NCBI GenBank assembly: GCA_021513695.1
Contig: CP084166.1
Location: forward strand, 2,336,001 to 2,400,000
From: Candidatus Heimdallarchaeum aukensis
Lineage (GTDB): Archaea; Asgardarchaeota; Heimdallarchaeia; Heimdallarchaeales; Heimdallarchaeaceae
Direction of reading: 5' to 3'
DNA: 64,000 nucleotides
How positions within the stretch are numbered: the first letter of the stretch is position 1; the number at the start of each line of letters is the position of its first letter. The notes below the pieces were generated by a model that was given only the letters and a program-made list of their open reading frames with translations, had not been told where the DNA came from and did no database searches. Both the position numbers and the translations under genes were made by a program. Of the stretch, positions 10,339-20,551 are shown one piece after another.

Positions 10339-13300
10339 ATGGCAACGAAAGTAAAAAAACTAAAAACTACAAAAAGGTTAAAGCACAAACCTGCTGTTGT
10401 TCCTAAAAAAACAAGAAAAATTAAAACAAAAAAAAGTAAGCTCCCAATTACTACTGTAGAAGAAAAAAAATTGAAGGTAAAAAATATAATTTTCACAATC
10501 ATCTTTGGAGCTTTAACAGTTGCAGCATTTTTCTTTAGAAAAATTATTAGTAATCTAAATCCTCCATCAGATCCAGTTACAGAACTTATTATCACAGTTG
10601 TTCGTCTATTTTTAATTGGGTTGTTTACATATATCACCCTCTTATCTTTTGAAACTTATAAGGTAAAATTCCATCCTAAACCATTAAGGATACTATTAAC
10701 GGTTATAACATTAATTGTATTCTTTCCCCTAACATTGTTTAAGTATTATACAAGACACAATGTTTGGCGAATTATATTTGTAGGAATGACTATTATATCT
10801 CTGTTTATGACCTTTTTTGGGTCGTATCTTACAGGGGTCCTCTATCGAGATAGTTTAAATGGAGCAGAACCCGATAAAAATCCTATAGATACAAGTTTCC
10901 TATCCTCTCCTTTTATTATTAATCTCCCTGTGGATATAGAATCTTTTTTGGATCTATTAAATAATTTAGGTGATCTTGATGATCTTACTTTAGAAACAAG
11001 CGTTGCTAATATTACGGCTCAAAATGGTTTTTTGGGTAATTTTCTCTATCGCTGGGATGTATACGATGAATACAATCCTGATGGCTGGGAATTTGAAAAA
11101 TCAAATGAAGCAACTTTGTATAATATTCCTCAAGATGAGAGGGGAGAACCTAGTGATTTTGATAGTGCTACAGATGTAAGAATGTCTATTCAGCAATCAA
11201 TTTATACTGCTACAAGTGGTGTAGATATTAGTTTACTTTCAACTTGGAATTCCATTTATCGTCCTCATATTGATTGGGAAAGCGATTGGAGTGATAATGT
11301 AAGAGATCTTCAAGGTAATTCAGTAGGCTCTAGTGATACAAGTATTTACTATGATACTCAAGATCAGCTTCATCTAAAAACAAAAGCAGATAAATCTGAT
11401 CCACTAACTCCTTTTCAAGGTACATTTGAGTATACGACATATTTCATGTATGAGGATGATATAGATTTTATAATGCAAAATTCTCTCGATTATGAGGACC
11501 TAGATAGTAATTATATTCAATCAGAATATTCTGCATTTTTACAAGCTCCCAATGGATATTATGATACTATCTCAACAGCCGTTACAAACTTTGCTGATAA
11601 TGAGATAGGTAGCACAATAGATTCTTCCACTTCCGTTTATGATGTAGTAAGCAGTGTAATACAAAATGTGTTAAACAAAGGTAATTTAGAGAATATCTTT
11701 GGGGCAACTAATGTAGATACAGGTGGTGAAGATCCTGCAAATGTTTTAGCTAGAAATGAAGATGCTCCATCTTCTGCTTACATTTCTTTAACAGTTATGG
11801 CTTTACGTAGATTAGGCATTCCTGCTCGCCCTGTGATGGGTTTTGCTGTAGGAAGTGGAACTGATAGTTACAGAGAAATAAAATTGGCTAATTTATATTA
11901 TTGGGTAGAAGTTCTGATGCCACTGGACACGGATAATGATGGTTCAGCAGATGAATATAGATGGGGACAATTTCAGATAGGACCATATCCTGTTGATGAA
12001 ACAACATTTGTTTTCTGCGACAATAGCCTTAATGCTCAGTATGATCTGAACCTAGAAATTTTCGAACAAACCACAGGGGATGTTAGAACCATGTCCTCTG
12101 GTGAAGGAGAAATCTATCTTGTAGATCACGGAGTAACATATACCATTCAGGTAAGTGCAACTAGAAGTGGGAACCCTTCAGAAAATGTTCCTATAACCTT
12201 AAAATCCTATTCTGCAAGTGAATTACAAGGTGGTTTTAGTACCTCTATTTTATCTGGTGGAATAGAGATATCTCAGCAACCCATTGTAACTGATGCTTCG
12301 GGTGTAGCTACATTAACTTATGAATTTACTCCTGAAAATTATTCTACTTTCGATCTTGCAGATCAAACTGGTACTACATATTTCATTGTAGCTCTTAATG
12401 GATTAAACAGTTATTCAGCAAAAGGTATAGCAATATTTCCATCAGGGTATTTAACCGATGTTGTACTAAATGCTTCAAAACAAACAATACCTAATCCCCA
12501 GAATCTGGCAGAAACGAAGACCTATTACTTGATTCAGCAAGGTTGGAAATATGAAATGTTTTCTTATCTTTATAAAGAGGGGCCACCTGGAACTGACCCT
12601 CTAGAAAATCGAACAGTAAACTATTATCTTCTAACCCCTGAGCAGTTACAAGATATAATCAACGGAGCTTCAATTGATCCTACACAGTTTACTCTAATAG
12701 GGAGCGCTACAACAGATCCAGATGGTAATTCATCTGTCTTCTCTGTAAATGAGACTACTCAAGTTGATTACTTTACTTCATTAACTGTTAACACAACATA
12801 CGCGATTTTGGCTGTATATGGTTTTAATTATTCTTATGCTCCAATAGTTATTATTGATGGATTAATAGCTTCTGTAAAAGTCAACGATACGTTATTAGAT
12901 ACTGGAACAGATGGATATACAATGTGGGAAGAAATAAATGTAACTCTTTCCATGCAACCACCTAATGGTTATGCTGAACCTCTTGCGGATGAAGATGTCT
13001 GGTTATGGGTTGTTTATGAAACTGATTGGCAAGAATATGATGGTTCAATCGATGGAACAACCTATAATTCTACATTAAATTCTTCAACAAGAAGTTATTA
13101 CATTGGACATAGAAAAACAAATTCCAACGGGCAGATTATTGAGAACTACTTAATAGATGCTACTCAACTTGGAGCAGGAAAATTCAAGATTGTTGCAATA
13201 TACTCAGAAAGATGGGAAGGTTCTGAAGACATTTTCATAGTTGTTGGACCTGCATTAAGTGTTATAATAAACACAAAAAATACAGTTATTTTAGATAGCT

Positions 13301-13449
13301 ATAGCATAGATAATGGTTCGTTTGATTTTATTAGGGGTATAAACACTTACCTTCTTGCTATTTCAGCTACAATTGCACTCGTTACTGCAAAAAAACTTCT
13401 TTTTCCTAATAAAAAGAGGTGTACCCAAAAAAAAAGAAATAAATGGTGA
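10339..13449 (+). CDS. large membrane protein with Lys-rich cytoplasmic N-terminus, TM bundle, transglutaminase-like core and C-terminal TM (probably catalytically inactive)
   Basis: TGase-like core 'AYISLTVMALRRLGIPARPVMGF...LYYWVEVLMPLD' (around nt 11750-11930). Compared with the consensus 'G.C....RxLGIPAR.V.G...HAWvEv', Cys appears replaced by Ser and His by Tyr. About 5 N-terminal TMs and a final TM 'YLLAISATIALVTA'. Confidence 0.55.
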   Translation: MATKVKKLKTTKRLKHKPAVVPKKTRKIKTKKSKLPITTVEEKKLKVKNIIFTIIFGALTVAAFFFRKIISNLNPPSDPVTELIITVVRLFLIGLFTYITLLSFETYKVKFHPKPLRILLTVITLIVFFPLTLFKYYTRHNVWRIIFVGMTIISLFMTFFGSYLTGVLYRDSLNGAEPDKNPIDTSFLSSPFIINLPVDIESFLDLLNNLGDLDDLTLETSVANITAQNGFLGNFLYRWDVYDEYNPDGWEFEKSNEATLYNIPQDERGEPSDFDSATDVRMSIQQSIYTATSGVDISLLSTWNSIYRPHIDWESDWSDNVRDLQGNSVGSSDTSIYYDTQDQLHLKTKADKSDPLTPFQGTFEYTTYFMYEDDIDFIMQNSLDYEDLDSNYIQSEYSAFLQAPNGYYDTISTAVTNFADNEIGSTIDSSTSVYDVVSSVIQNVLNKGNLENIFGATNVDTGGEDPANVLARNEDAPSSAYISLTVMALRRLGIPARPVMGFAVGSGTDSYREIKLANLYYWVEVLMPLDTDNDGSADEYRWGQFQIGPYPVDETTFVFCDNSLNAQYDLNLEIFEQTTGDVRTMSSGEGEIYLVDHGVTYTIQVSATRSGNPSENVPITLKSYSASELQGGFSTSILSGGIEISQQPIVTDASGVATLTYEFTPENYSTFDLADQTGTTYFIVALNGLNSYSAKGIAIFPSGYLTDVVLNASKQTIPNPQNLAETKTYYLIQQGWKYEMFSYLYKEGPPGTDPLENRTVNYYLLTPEQLQDIINGASIDPTQFTLIGSATTDPDGNSSVFSVNETTQVDYFTSLTVNTTYAILAVYGFNYSYAPIVIIDGLIASVKVNDTLLDTGTDGYTMWEEINVTLSMQPPNGYAEPLADEDVWLWVVYETDWQEYDGSIDGTTYNSTLNSSTRSYYIGHRKTNSNGQIIENYLIDATQLGAGKFKIVAIYSERWEGSEDIFIVVGPALSVIINTKNTVILDSYSIDNGSFDFIRGINTYLLAISATIALVTAKKLLFPNKKRCTQKKRNKW

Positions 13450-16400
13450 GAACTATGAAGTACTATAATCACATAAAAATTTTTACGGTTTTCATTTCTT
13501 TAATTATATTCTTGTCGAGTTTGCCAGTTTATTCATTTAATTATGAAAAGTTAGTTACTAAAAGTGATCTTGATCCTACAATAGAGAATAATTTAATTAA
13601 TTATGAAAATAAGAATAGAGAGTTAAATGTCTATTCTAATTTTAAGCATAGTTCTCATTTTACTAAGAGAGAGAAAAAAACACCTGGTAATTATGAATAT
13701 TATCGTTCTCCATTAAACATCGGGTTATATGTTAGTATTCCTGGGACATCTTCTCTCTCTTCTGATTCTTCAAGGTTAAAATTGAGTATTAGCAGCCCTA
13801 CAGAGGGAACAAAACTATTTCGAGGAAATACAATTACAGTTAGTGGTGTTCTCCGTTCAGCAGCCCCAAACGATTTCTGGGATGGAGAAACAGTAGAAAT
13901 ATACTATAATTTAACTGAAGCAGAGTTTAAGGTGGATCCTGATTCTTATCGTAGTTCTAACTATTATGTTACTTCCGTGGTTACAAATAGTCAAGGAGAA
14001 TTCACTGCAACAATCAGTACATCCACGCTTTCTGCTGATTTTCGCTCAAAAGTAGGAAATATTACAATTTTTACGTGGTTTGACGGGAATCCTGACAAAG
14101 GACGTGGGTCTGGTTCACCAGGAAGTTCTTATGTGTTTGTTTATGGTGGGCTGAAAACAGATGTGAGTTATTCTGTAACAAATCCCAACCAACCTTATTC
14201 ATTTACAACACGGATATTGTTTGATAATAATACTGAAGTTACAACTAGTGGAACTCAGTATCACATTCAAGTAACTTGGCTAACAGATAACAGAGTAGAC
14301 ATAAATGGTAATTTTACTTTTACAACTAACTCTCACACTTATTCAAATACAAGCCCCTCTACAATTCAAACAGTAAAATATGAATCATATTATGATAGTT
14401 CACAGCTTTCCTTAAATTTCTTCGTAACTACAGGAGATACTTCTTTCAGCAATAAACTTCTTCATGCAGTAAAGCAAGCAACTACAAGCGAACAAGTAGT
14501 TGTTTCTTCTTATTATGTTACAGGAACAGGATTGACTGATGCAGATATTGCAATACCTCTTGATTCATACATAACAGTTTATGCAAATGTATCTGATTCA
14601 TCTGGATTGGTAGGAGCTGGTTACAACGTTACTTTAGAATTCTATCATGGGACAACTAGATATAATCTAACTACGATTCAGACTAACTCTTCAGGTGCTA
14701 TCCAGACAAAACACTTCGTTGATCATAATAACATCGCTGATATAACAATTAACAATGCTTTTTATATAACAATGACAGTAAGCTCTTCAGAGTTTGGAGG
14801 TGCAGATGTTACTCCTGATTCTCTTGGATCAGTTTTAGAATCAATAATTAATTCTATTAGCATTTCAATATCTAATACAACAATTTTCTATACTTCTGGT
14901 AAATCAATTTCATATACTGTAACAGTTACAGATAATTTTGGAAGAGTTGCTCCACTTGCTCAGTTCCAAGTGGACTTTCCTGGATTAAGTGTAATTACTT
15001 CTTCAACTGGTTCTTCTGGAACAAAGACATTATCATCTGTCATTCCTTCTTATACAATTCATACTCAAACAAAAACAATAAACGTTACAGCATTATTTAC
15101 TGATGGAGGTACCTACAGATATTTCCTTAATGGTACTCCTCAAAATAATGATACATTCAATATTTATTTTGACTTAACTTTAACACTTCAAGGTCCCTAC
15201 GACTCAAATATTGTTGACGGTGAGAGTACCTCTTACTTTAATAATACTTATTATTCGTTTTTCCAAACTGGAAATATATATAACCTCACTGTAGTTGATG
15301 AATGGGGAAGAAATCCCGTAGGCGCACCTTTCTCACTAAATTTTGAAGGACAAACCGTTTCTGGTGTTGTAACATCTGGAAATAACTTTATTGAATTAGA
15401 TCCTGATTTTAACCCTACTACTGGGGTAGATATTAATGTTCCCACAACAATCTCCTTAGTTGCGGAAGCCGGTGAAGCTAATTATCAATCTTCGATTTCC
15501 CATACTGTTAGCATATATGGCCCTGATCTTGATGCTCCTGTTATAAATGGAGAAACTTTATCCCCCAATCCATTTACAACTGCTTCACATGAACCATTCT
15601 TTAATGTTAGTTTTAGTATAAGTGTTTCTGATGTAGGTAGTGGTGTTAGAAGTGTAATTATTTATTATCAAGTAATCGAATCTAATGATAGTAGTTTACT
15701 TAACCCCGCAAATTGGATTACTTTGAACCTTACTGACTTAGGTGGGGGTATATGGTTTGGTTATATAAATACCACAATTGATTTTGCCTTACAATATGTT
15801 CATTATTATATTGAAGTGAAAGATTATGCAGGTTACGGGTTGCAAGAAAATGGAACAAGGCAACCAACTGCACAATATGATGAGAATTTTGGGTTAACAG
15901 GTTACCTATACAATGAAACACATACAAACTATTATCAACTTGGAGATTATGAACCTCCAGTAGAGGTCGCAGTTCCTACTACTGTAGACTCTCCAGACCC
16001 TAAAAGTCCTTATCTTAATATTACTGTTTATGTAAATGATAGTCTTATCTATACTGGTGTATCTCAAGTTCTTATTTATATTAATAGAACTGCAGTGGGT
16101 GGTACTACAGAAATAAATTGGGTAAATGGAGTTCAGATGACTAACATTCCAGGAACAAACGCATGGTTTTACCAATTGTTAGCAGAATATAATTACCAAT
16201 ATAGTTGGTACTACGTAGCTTACGACAATGCTGAACCATCTCCAAGAACTTTCAAGAGTCAGACATATACATACGAGGCAATTGATGATACTCCTCCGAT
16301 TATTTATAATATCGATGTTGTTCCTTCTACTGGTCTCCTGTGGAACAGTACTATGAACTTCACTATAAGAGTTGATGATGTTCAAAATGAAGTAGAAAAT

Positions 16401-17147
16401 GTTACGCTGTTCATTACTCTGACAGATCCAAACGGTGTTGAAGTGGAAAATGAAGCAATAGCTTTAACAGCTCAAGCTGGTACAATTATTTATAGTTACA
16501 CCCTAGATCTGAGTGTTTTTAATTATTCAGTATATGGAGGATATTTATTAGAATATCATTTCTACGTGGAAGATACTATAGGTAATAATATTAGTACGAC
16601 TTCTGTTCAATTAGCTATTAGTAATCCTGCGCCACCCAATCGTCCTCCTGTTGGAGATCCAGCTGATCCAAGTAGTGAGACCCCTATAGGTGGTATTGTT
16701 GGAGGAGCAATTGGTGGTATTGTTGCTCTTATAGTAATTCTTTTCCTATGGTTCAATAGACACTCTCTCCGAAGTTATGCTCAGCAACAAACATTGAGAA
16801 AGAGACTAAGAGACTATCTTCGCGAAATACTAGAAGACATCAAACGTTTGGGTTCAGAAAGCCGTTACAAAGAAGCTGTTCTAAAAACCTGGCAAGTAAT
16901 TGAGGGTGTAGGAAGAGAATTTTTTGATACTCCTAGGTTTAGACATCAAACACCTATGGAGTATGCTACTGTTCTTTCCAGAAGAGGAAAGATAGATATG
17001 GCGATACTCAATACTCTTTCGGAGTATTTTGAAAAAGCAAGATATGGCGCTGAAGTGATAACTGAAACAGACTTCAATGCAACCATATCTGCATTAATGA
17101 AAATAATTAACCAGTTAGAAGCTGGTGAAATGGAAATAGAAACATAA
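13443..17147 (+). CDS. giant secreted multi-beta-sandwich (Ig-like) surface protein with C-terminal TM and cytoplasmic DUF4129 domain
   Basis: Signal peptide 'IFTVFISLIIFLSSLPVYS'. About 1000 aa of Thr/Ser/Asn-rich beta-rich repeats. TM 'IGGIVGGAIGGIVALIVILFLWF', then 'TPRFRHQTPMEYATVL...YFEKARYGAEV' (DUF4129 signature). Confidence 0.55.
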   Translation: MVRTMKYYNHIKIFTVFISLIIFLSSLPVYSFNYEKLVTKSDLDPTIENNLINYENKNRELNVYSNFKHSSHFTKREKKTPGNYEYYRSPLNIGLYVSIPGTSSLSSDSSRLKLSISSPTEGTKLFRGNTITVSGVLRSAAPNDFWDGETVEIYYNLTEAEFKVDPDSYRSSNYYVTSVVTNSQGEFTATISTSTLSADFRSKVGNITIFTWFDGNPDKGRGSGSPGSSYVFVYGGLKTDVSYSVTNPNQPYSFTTRILFDNNTEVTTSGTQYHIQVTWLTDNRVDINGNFTFTTNSHTYSNTSPSTIQTVKYESYYDSSQLSLNFFVTTGDTSFSNKLLHAVKQATTSEQVVVSSYYVTGTGLTDADIAIPLDSYITVYANVSDSSGLVGAGYNVTLEFYHGTTRYNLTTIQTNSSGAIQTKHFVDHNNIADITINNAFYITMTVSSSEFGGADVTPDSLGSVLESIINSISISISNTTIFYTSGKSISYTVTVTDNFGRVAPLAQFQVDFPGLSVITSSTGSSGTKTLSSVIPSYTIHTQTKTINVTALFTDGGTYRYFLNGTPQNNDTFNIYFDLTLTLQGPYDSNIVDGESTSYFNNTYYSFFQTGNIYNLTVVDEWGRNPVGAPFSLNFEGQTVSGVVTSGNNFIELDPDFNPTTGVDINVPTTISLVAEAGEANYQSSISHTVSIYGPDLDAPVINGETLSPNPFTTASHEPFFNVSFSISVSDVGSGVRSVIIYYQVIESNDSSLLNPANWITLNLTDLGGGIWFGYINTTIDFALQYVHYYIEVKDYAGYGLQENGTRQPTAQYDENFGLTGYLYNETHTNYYQLGDYEPPVEVAVPTTVDSPDPKSPYLNITVYVNDSLIYTGVSQVLIYINRTAVGGTTEINWVNGVQMTNIPGTNAWFYQLLAEYNYQYSWYYVAYDNAEPSPRTFKSQTYTYEAIDDTPPIIYNIDVVPSTGLLWNSTMNFTIRVDDVQNEVENVTLFITLTDPNGVEVENEAIALTAQAGTIIYSYTLDLSVFNYSVYGGYLLEYHFYVEDTIGNNISTTSVQLAISNPAPPNRPPVGDPADPSSETPIGGIVGGAIGGIVALIVILFLWFNRHSLRSYAQQQTLRKRLRDYLREILEDIKRLGSESRYKEAVLKTWQVIEGVGREFFDTPRFRHQTPMEYATVLSRRGKIDMAILNTLSEYFEKARYGAEVITETDFNATISALMKIINQLEAGEMEIET

Positions 17148-17148
17148 G

Positions 17149-17655
17149 GTGAATAAAATGTTCGGATGGGCAAAAAAGAGAAAAAGGTTAAAAAAATTAG
17201 ATCAACTGTTTAATGCTGCTATGGCTGATGTAAGAATATTTGAGCAAAGGCAAGACTATAGAGGAGCAGTTATTGCTTCATTTGGAGGTCTTGCAAGCAT
17301 TGCAGAGAACTTGATAAATCTTACAAGAGCTCCACATCAGACAGGTAGAGAATTTGGCATGCAAGTTGCAGAACAAGCAAACATCTCTACAGAAGTCATG
17401 GATGAGTTTCTTACATCTTTTGAAATAGCTAGATACACAGAAAGAGAAATAGGTTATGATGATTATCAAGAGGCCGTACAACGATTAGATGTTTGCTTTA
17501 GAGGAATACGAGAGCAAGGTATTCAAGAAATAACTGAAGTAACATCTTCAAAGAAAGAAAAGAAACCAAAAGTGAAAACAGCTAAAGCAGCAAAAACTGA
17601 AGTTAAAACTACTAAACAGTTAAAAACTCGAAAACAGTTGAAAACTAGAAGATAA
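17149..17655 (+). CDS. stand-alone DUF4129-like protein with highly basic Lys-rich C-terminal tail
   Basis: 'APHQTGREFGMQVAEQ...FEIARYTEREIGYDDYQEAV' resembles the DUF4129 core. C-terminus 'KKEKKPKVKTAKAAKTEVKTTKQLKTRKQLKTRR'. Confidence 0.4.
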   Translation: MNKMFGWAKKRKRLKKLDQLFNAAMADVRIFEQRQDYRGAVIASFGGLASIAENLINLTRAPHQTGREFGMQVAEQANISTEVMDEFLTSFEIARYTEREIGYDDYQEAVQRLDVCFRGIREQGIQEITEVTSSKKEKKPKVKTAKAAKTEVKTTKQLKTRKQLKTRR

Positions 17656-17703
17656 TGGTTTGGTTCTAAAAAAAGATAAATGAAAAAAAATGGTGTGTAA
17701 TGT

Positions 17704-19488
17704 ATGTCCGAAAAAGAAAATCAAGAAATAGTGGACGAATATGAACAAGAACTTGTGAAAAAAGAAGATGATTCATCAAAAAAGAAAAAAGTAAAGAAGG
17801 CTAAAGTTAAAAGAAAAAGTAAAAAACCAAAGAAAAAATTCAAACTTAGAAAAGTAAGGTTTACAAAGTATTCTTTAGCTATGACCTTGCTATTTCTCAT
17901 AGTTATCGTTCCACTGTTTATTGGTTTAGTTGGATTAGGTGGAAGAAGTGTAAAATTTTCCATCTACAACACCGGTTGGGATGGTCTTTCCACTGTATAT
18001 AATACATTACAAGCTGAAAACAAATATGAAATATCAAACGGAATGTCAAGTTTAACTATTTTAAATAGATTGAATAGCAGTGGAGTTCTCGTAGTTATCG
18101 GACCAACAACAAGTTACAACTTTGCTGAGACAATTAGTCTCGTAACCTTTCTGGTAAGAGGAGGAAGTTTGATAGTTGCTGACGACTTTGGTTCAGGAAA
18201 TAAAATATTCGAACCGCTTTGGAACGTTATTGCAACCTATGACTCTCTTGTATCTTTAGGACTTGTTCCTTCTTTAACAGATATATTCTTCGGAAATCAA
18301 AGTGCACCATCAAATGTTACATCAGTTGAAGATTTAGCTGGTGCAGCAATTTTTGAGATGCTAGCAGGAATGTTAAAAGCAATAGGTTTTAATCAAACGG
18401 TATTAATGGATGCAGGAAGTAATTATGGTGGAGTAAGTTCTCAACCGTTGTTAAAGGATACAAATCCAGATAACCCCTTAACTGCTGGAATTACAAAGGG
18501 AGTTCAAATGGAATTTGGTACGGTATTAAGTGTTAAAATCAATAACTCTCGATATAATCCATCCACAGGACGTTATGAGTGGTATACAGATTGGGTTCCC
18601 TTGCAGCCTTTGTCTATAAATGTCACAATTGAAGGGGGAGAGTATGGAAATCTTGAGCCAATTTTCATTGAAGATGTGATGTTACCTTTTCTCTCGTTTT
18701 TCACAACTACGACATCGTGGATGGAGTCGAATTTTAGAGATGCACTTACTGGAGAAGCAGTTCCCAATGAAGGAGAATGGGGAAACACTGCCTTTGCCCC
18801 TATTTTGTCAATACCAATAGGTAGGGGAAAAATAGTTATGATTGGAGACCCTGATATATTCATAAATAAATGGATAGAAGATACAGAAAATAATGATAAC
18901 TTGCAATTTTGTCAGAATTTGTTCAATTATGTAACCGAAAATATGGTTGCAAATACAACAAGTGGAAAAATACCTATAATATTTGATGAAGGACATACAC
19001 AATATAAATTCTATAGTCCTGCTCTGGTATCAACCATTTTAATGAGGTTGATTACTGAAATGTCCATGTATCCACTTTATTCACCTTTTGTTCCTATCAT
19101 GTTTGCTGTTATAGCATATCCCCTTATCCCAAAAGCTAGACGATTGGCCCCTGTATTATGGACTAGATACAGAGGAGAAAGAGGAAGGTCACGATTTGAA
19201 CGCGAAATAAAAAGAATATTAGAAACTGGAAGTTACAGTGAAGCAGTAGGTTTACTTTATAGGTCCATGTTACGGGGAGTAAGAAAAGTAGATACCTCTG
19301 CCGCAAGTTCACCTAAATCTTTGGCAGATTTCTTTATTTCAAGGGGATACCCCCTAAAAAGAGGAGCGTTGGTAAGTGAATTCGAGCGAATTGATCGCTA
19401 TTTACAGAGACCAAAGTTGCTCCCACAATCTGAATTTGAAAAAATGTTGCAGTTTATCAAGAATTTAATTGATACTCTGCCTAAATAG
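17704..19488 (+). CDS. DUF4350-like membrane protein (module 2) with Lys-rich N-terminus
   Basis: N-terminal poly-K segment, TM, then 'TGWDGLSTVYNTLQAENKYEIS...GVLVVIGPTTSY...FLVRGGSLIVADDFGSGN' (DUF4350-like); second TM near the C-terminus. Confidence 0.55.
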   Translation: MSEKENQEIVDEYEQELVKKEDDSSKKKKVKKAKVKRKSKKPKKKFKLRKVRFTKYSLAMTLLFLIVIVPLFIGLVGLGGRSVKFSIYNTGWDGLSTVYNTLQAENKYEISNGMSSLTILNRLNSSGVLVVIGPTTSYNFAETISLVTFLVRGGSLIVADDFGSGNKIFEPLWNVIATYDSLVSLGLVPSLTDIFFGNQSAPSNVTSVEDLAGAAIFEMLAGMLKAIGFNQTVLMDAGSNYGGVSSQPLLKDTNPDNPLTAGITKGVQMEFGTVLSVKINNSRYNPSTGRYEWYTDWVPLQPLSINVTIEGGEYGNLEPIFIEDVMLPFLSFFTTTTSWMESNFRDALTGEAVPNEGEWGNTAFAPILSIPIGRGKIVMIGDPDIFINKWIEDTENNDNLQFCQNLFNYVTENMVANTTSGKIPIIFDEGHTQYKFYSPALVSTILMRLITEMSMYPLYSPFVPIMFAVIAYPLIPKARRLAPVLWTRYRGERGRSRFEREIKRILETGSYSEAVGLLYRSMLRGVRKVDTSAASSPKSLADFFISRGYPLKRGALVSEFERIDRYLQRPKLLPQSEFEKMLQFIKNLIDTLPK

Positions 19489-19539
19489 AATAATGTTTCA
19501 AAAAATAAAAACAAAAAAAGAAAAGGAAAGTGAAAAAAA

Positions 19540-20541
19540 ATGAGTGAAGAAGAAAAACCGGCAAAACCGGCTAAAGGAAAAGCACAAACCGAAGCAGTGG
19601 TAACTCCAAAAGATATCAAGAGAGTTTGGTCTGAGATCTATGCTGAATTAAAACGTGTAATTATAGGTAAACTAGACGTACTGGAAGATCTCTTTATTGC
19701 TCTTCTAGCAAGAGGACATGTGCTGCTTGAAGGTGTACCTGGTGTTGCAAAAACCGTCATGGCTAAAAATTTTGCTGCTACCCTTGGAGCTGAATTCAAA
19801 AGAGGACAATTTACCCCAGATTTACTTCCAAGTGACGTTGTAGGTACTACAATATATGATCCTAAAGCAGGAACATTCAAAATGAGAAAAGGACCTATAT
19901 TTACAAACATCTTCTTGGCTGACGAAATTAACAGAAGTCCTCCAAAAACCCAAGCTGCATTACTTGAAGCAATGGCTGAAAAACAAGTCACAGTGGAAGG
20001 AACTACATTCAAGCTTGAGCCACCTTTTTTGGTAATTGCAACTCAAAACCCTGTAGAACAAGAGGGAACTTACCCATTACCAGAAGCACAAGTAGATCGT
20101 TTTATGTTTAAACTGATAGTTGACCTACCTTCGCCAGAAGAAGAAATAGAGATAATTGATCTTTCACACAAGCATGCTTTTCGCACAGTTCGCAGAATAA
20201 CTACTCCTATGACCATCATCAGAATGATAGAAACTGTGGAGAAAAGAATCTATGTACATGAAGATATTATGGCTTATATCAGAGATATTACTGTCGCAAC
20301 TCGTACTGATCCACGATTATTACTTGGTGGTTCTCCAAGATGTAGTATCGCGCTGTTAAATGCTTCAAAAGCTGTAGCTGCAATGAACGGTAGAGATTAC
20401 GTAATTCCTGATGATGTTAAACGAATAGCAAAAATAGGCGCAGCTCATCGATTGCAGATGAAACCGGAAGCAGAATTGGAAGGTACCACTGGAAGTATGG
20501 TTATGGACGACATCTTGCGCAATTTACCAGTACCAGTATAA
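19540..20541 (+). CDS. MoxR-family AAA+ ATPase (module 2; paralog of 6217..7158)
   Basis: 'LLEGVPGVAKT', 'FKRGQFTPDLLPSDVVG', 'GPIFTNIFLADEINRSPPKTQAALLEAMAE', 'LVIATQNP...PLPEAQVDRF'. About 60-65% identical by eye to the module 1 MoxR. Confidence 0.9.
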   Translation: MSEEEKPAKPAKGKAQTEAVVTPKDIKRVWSEIYAELKRVIIGKLDVLEDLFIALLARGHVLLEGVPGVAKTVMAKNFAATLGAEFKRGQFTPDLLPSDVVGTTIYDPKAGTFKMRKGPIFTNIFLADEINRSPPKTQAALLEAMAEKQVTVEGTTFKLEPPFLVIATQNPVEQEGTYPLPEAQVDRFMFKLIVDLPSPEEEIEIIDLSHKHAFRTVRRITTPMTIIRMIETVEKRIYVHEDIMAYIRDITVATRTDPRLLLGGSPRCSIALLNASKAVAAMNGRDYVIPDDVKRIAKIGAAHRLQMKPEAELEGTTGSMVMDDILRNLPVPV

Positions 20542-20551
20542 AGTTAATTAG

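Noticed and set aside
15251-16385. Several 60-90-aa minus-strand ORFs inside the 13443..17147 giant gene (15251-15445, 15730-15927, 15906-16175, 16179-16385)
   Set aside because: All antisense to a long, continuous, domain-rich + strand ORF. They are typical spurious ORFs in AT-rich DNA with no motifs.
17617-17652. Short tandem duplication 'cagttaaaaactcgaaaacagttgaaaactagaaga'
   Set aside because: Encodes the KQLKTRKQLKTR tail of the small DUF4129-like protein. Two imperfect copies only; not a repeat array.
19638-20012. 124-aa minus-strand ORF antisense to MoxR gene 2
   Set aside because: Overlaps the most conserved part of a clearly real MoxR ATPase; translation is low-complexity Ser/Ala-rich.
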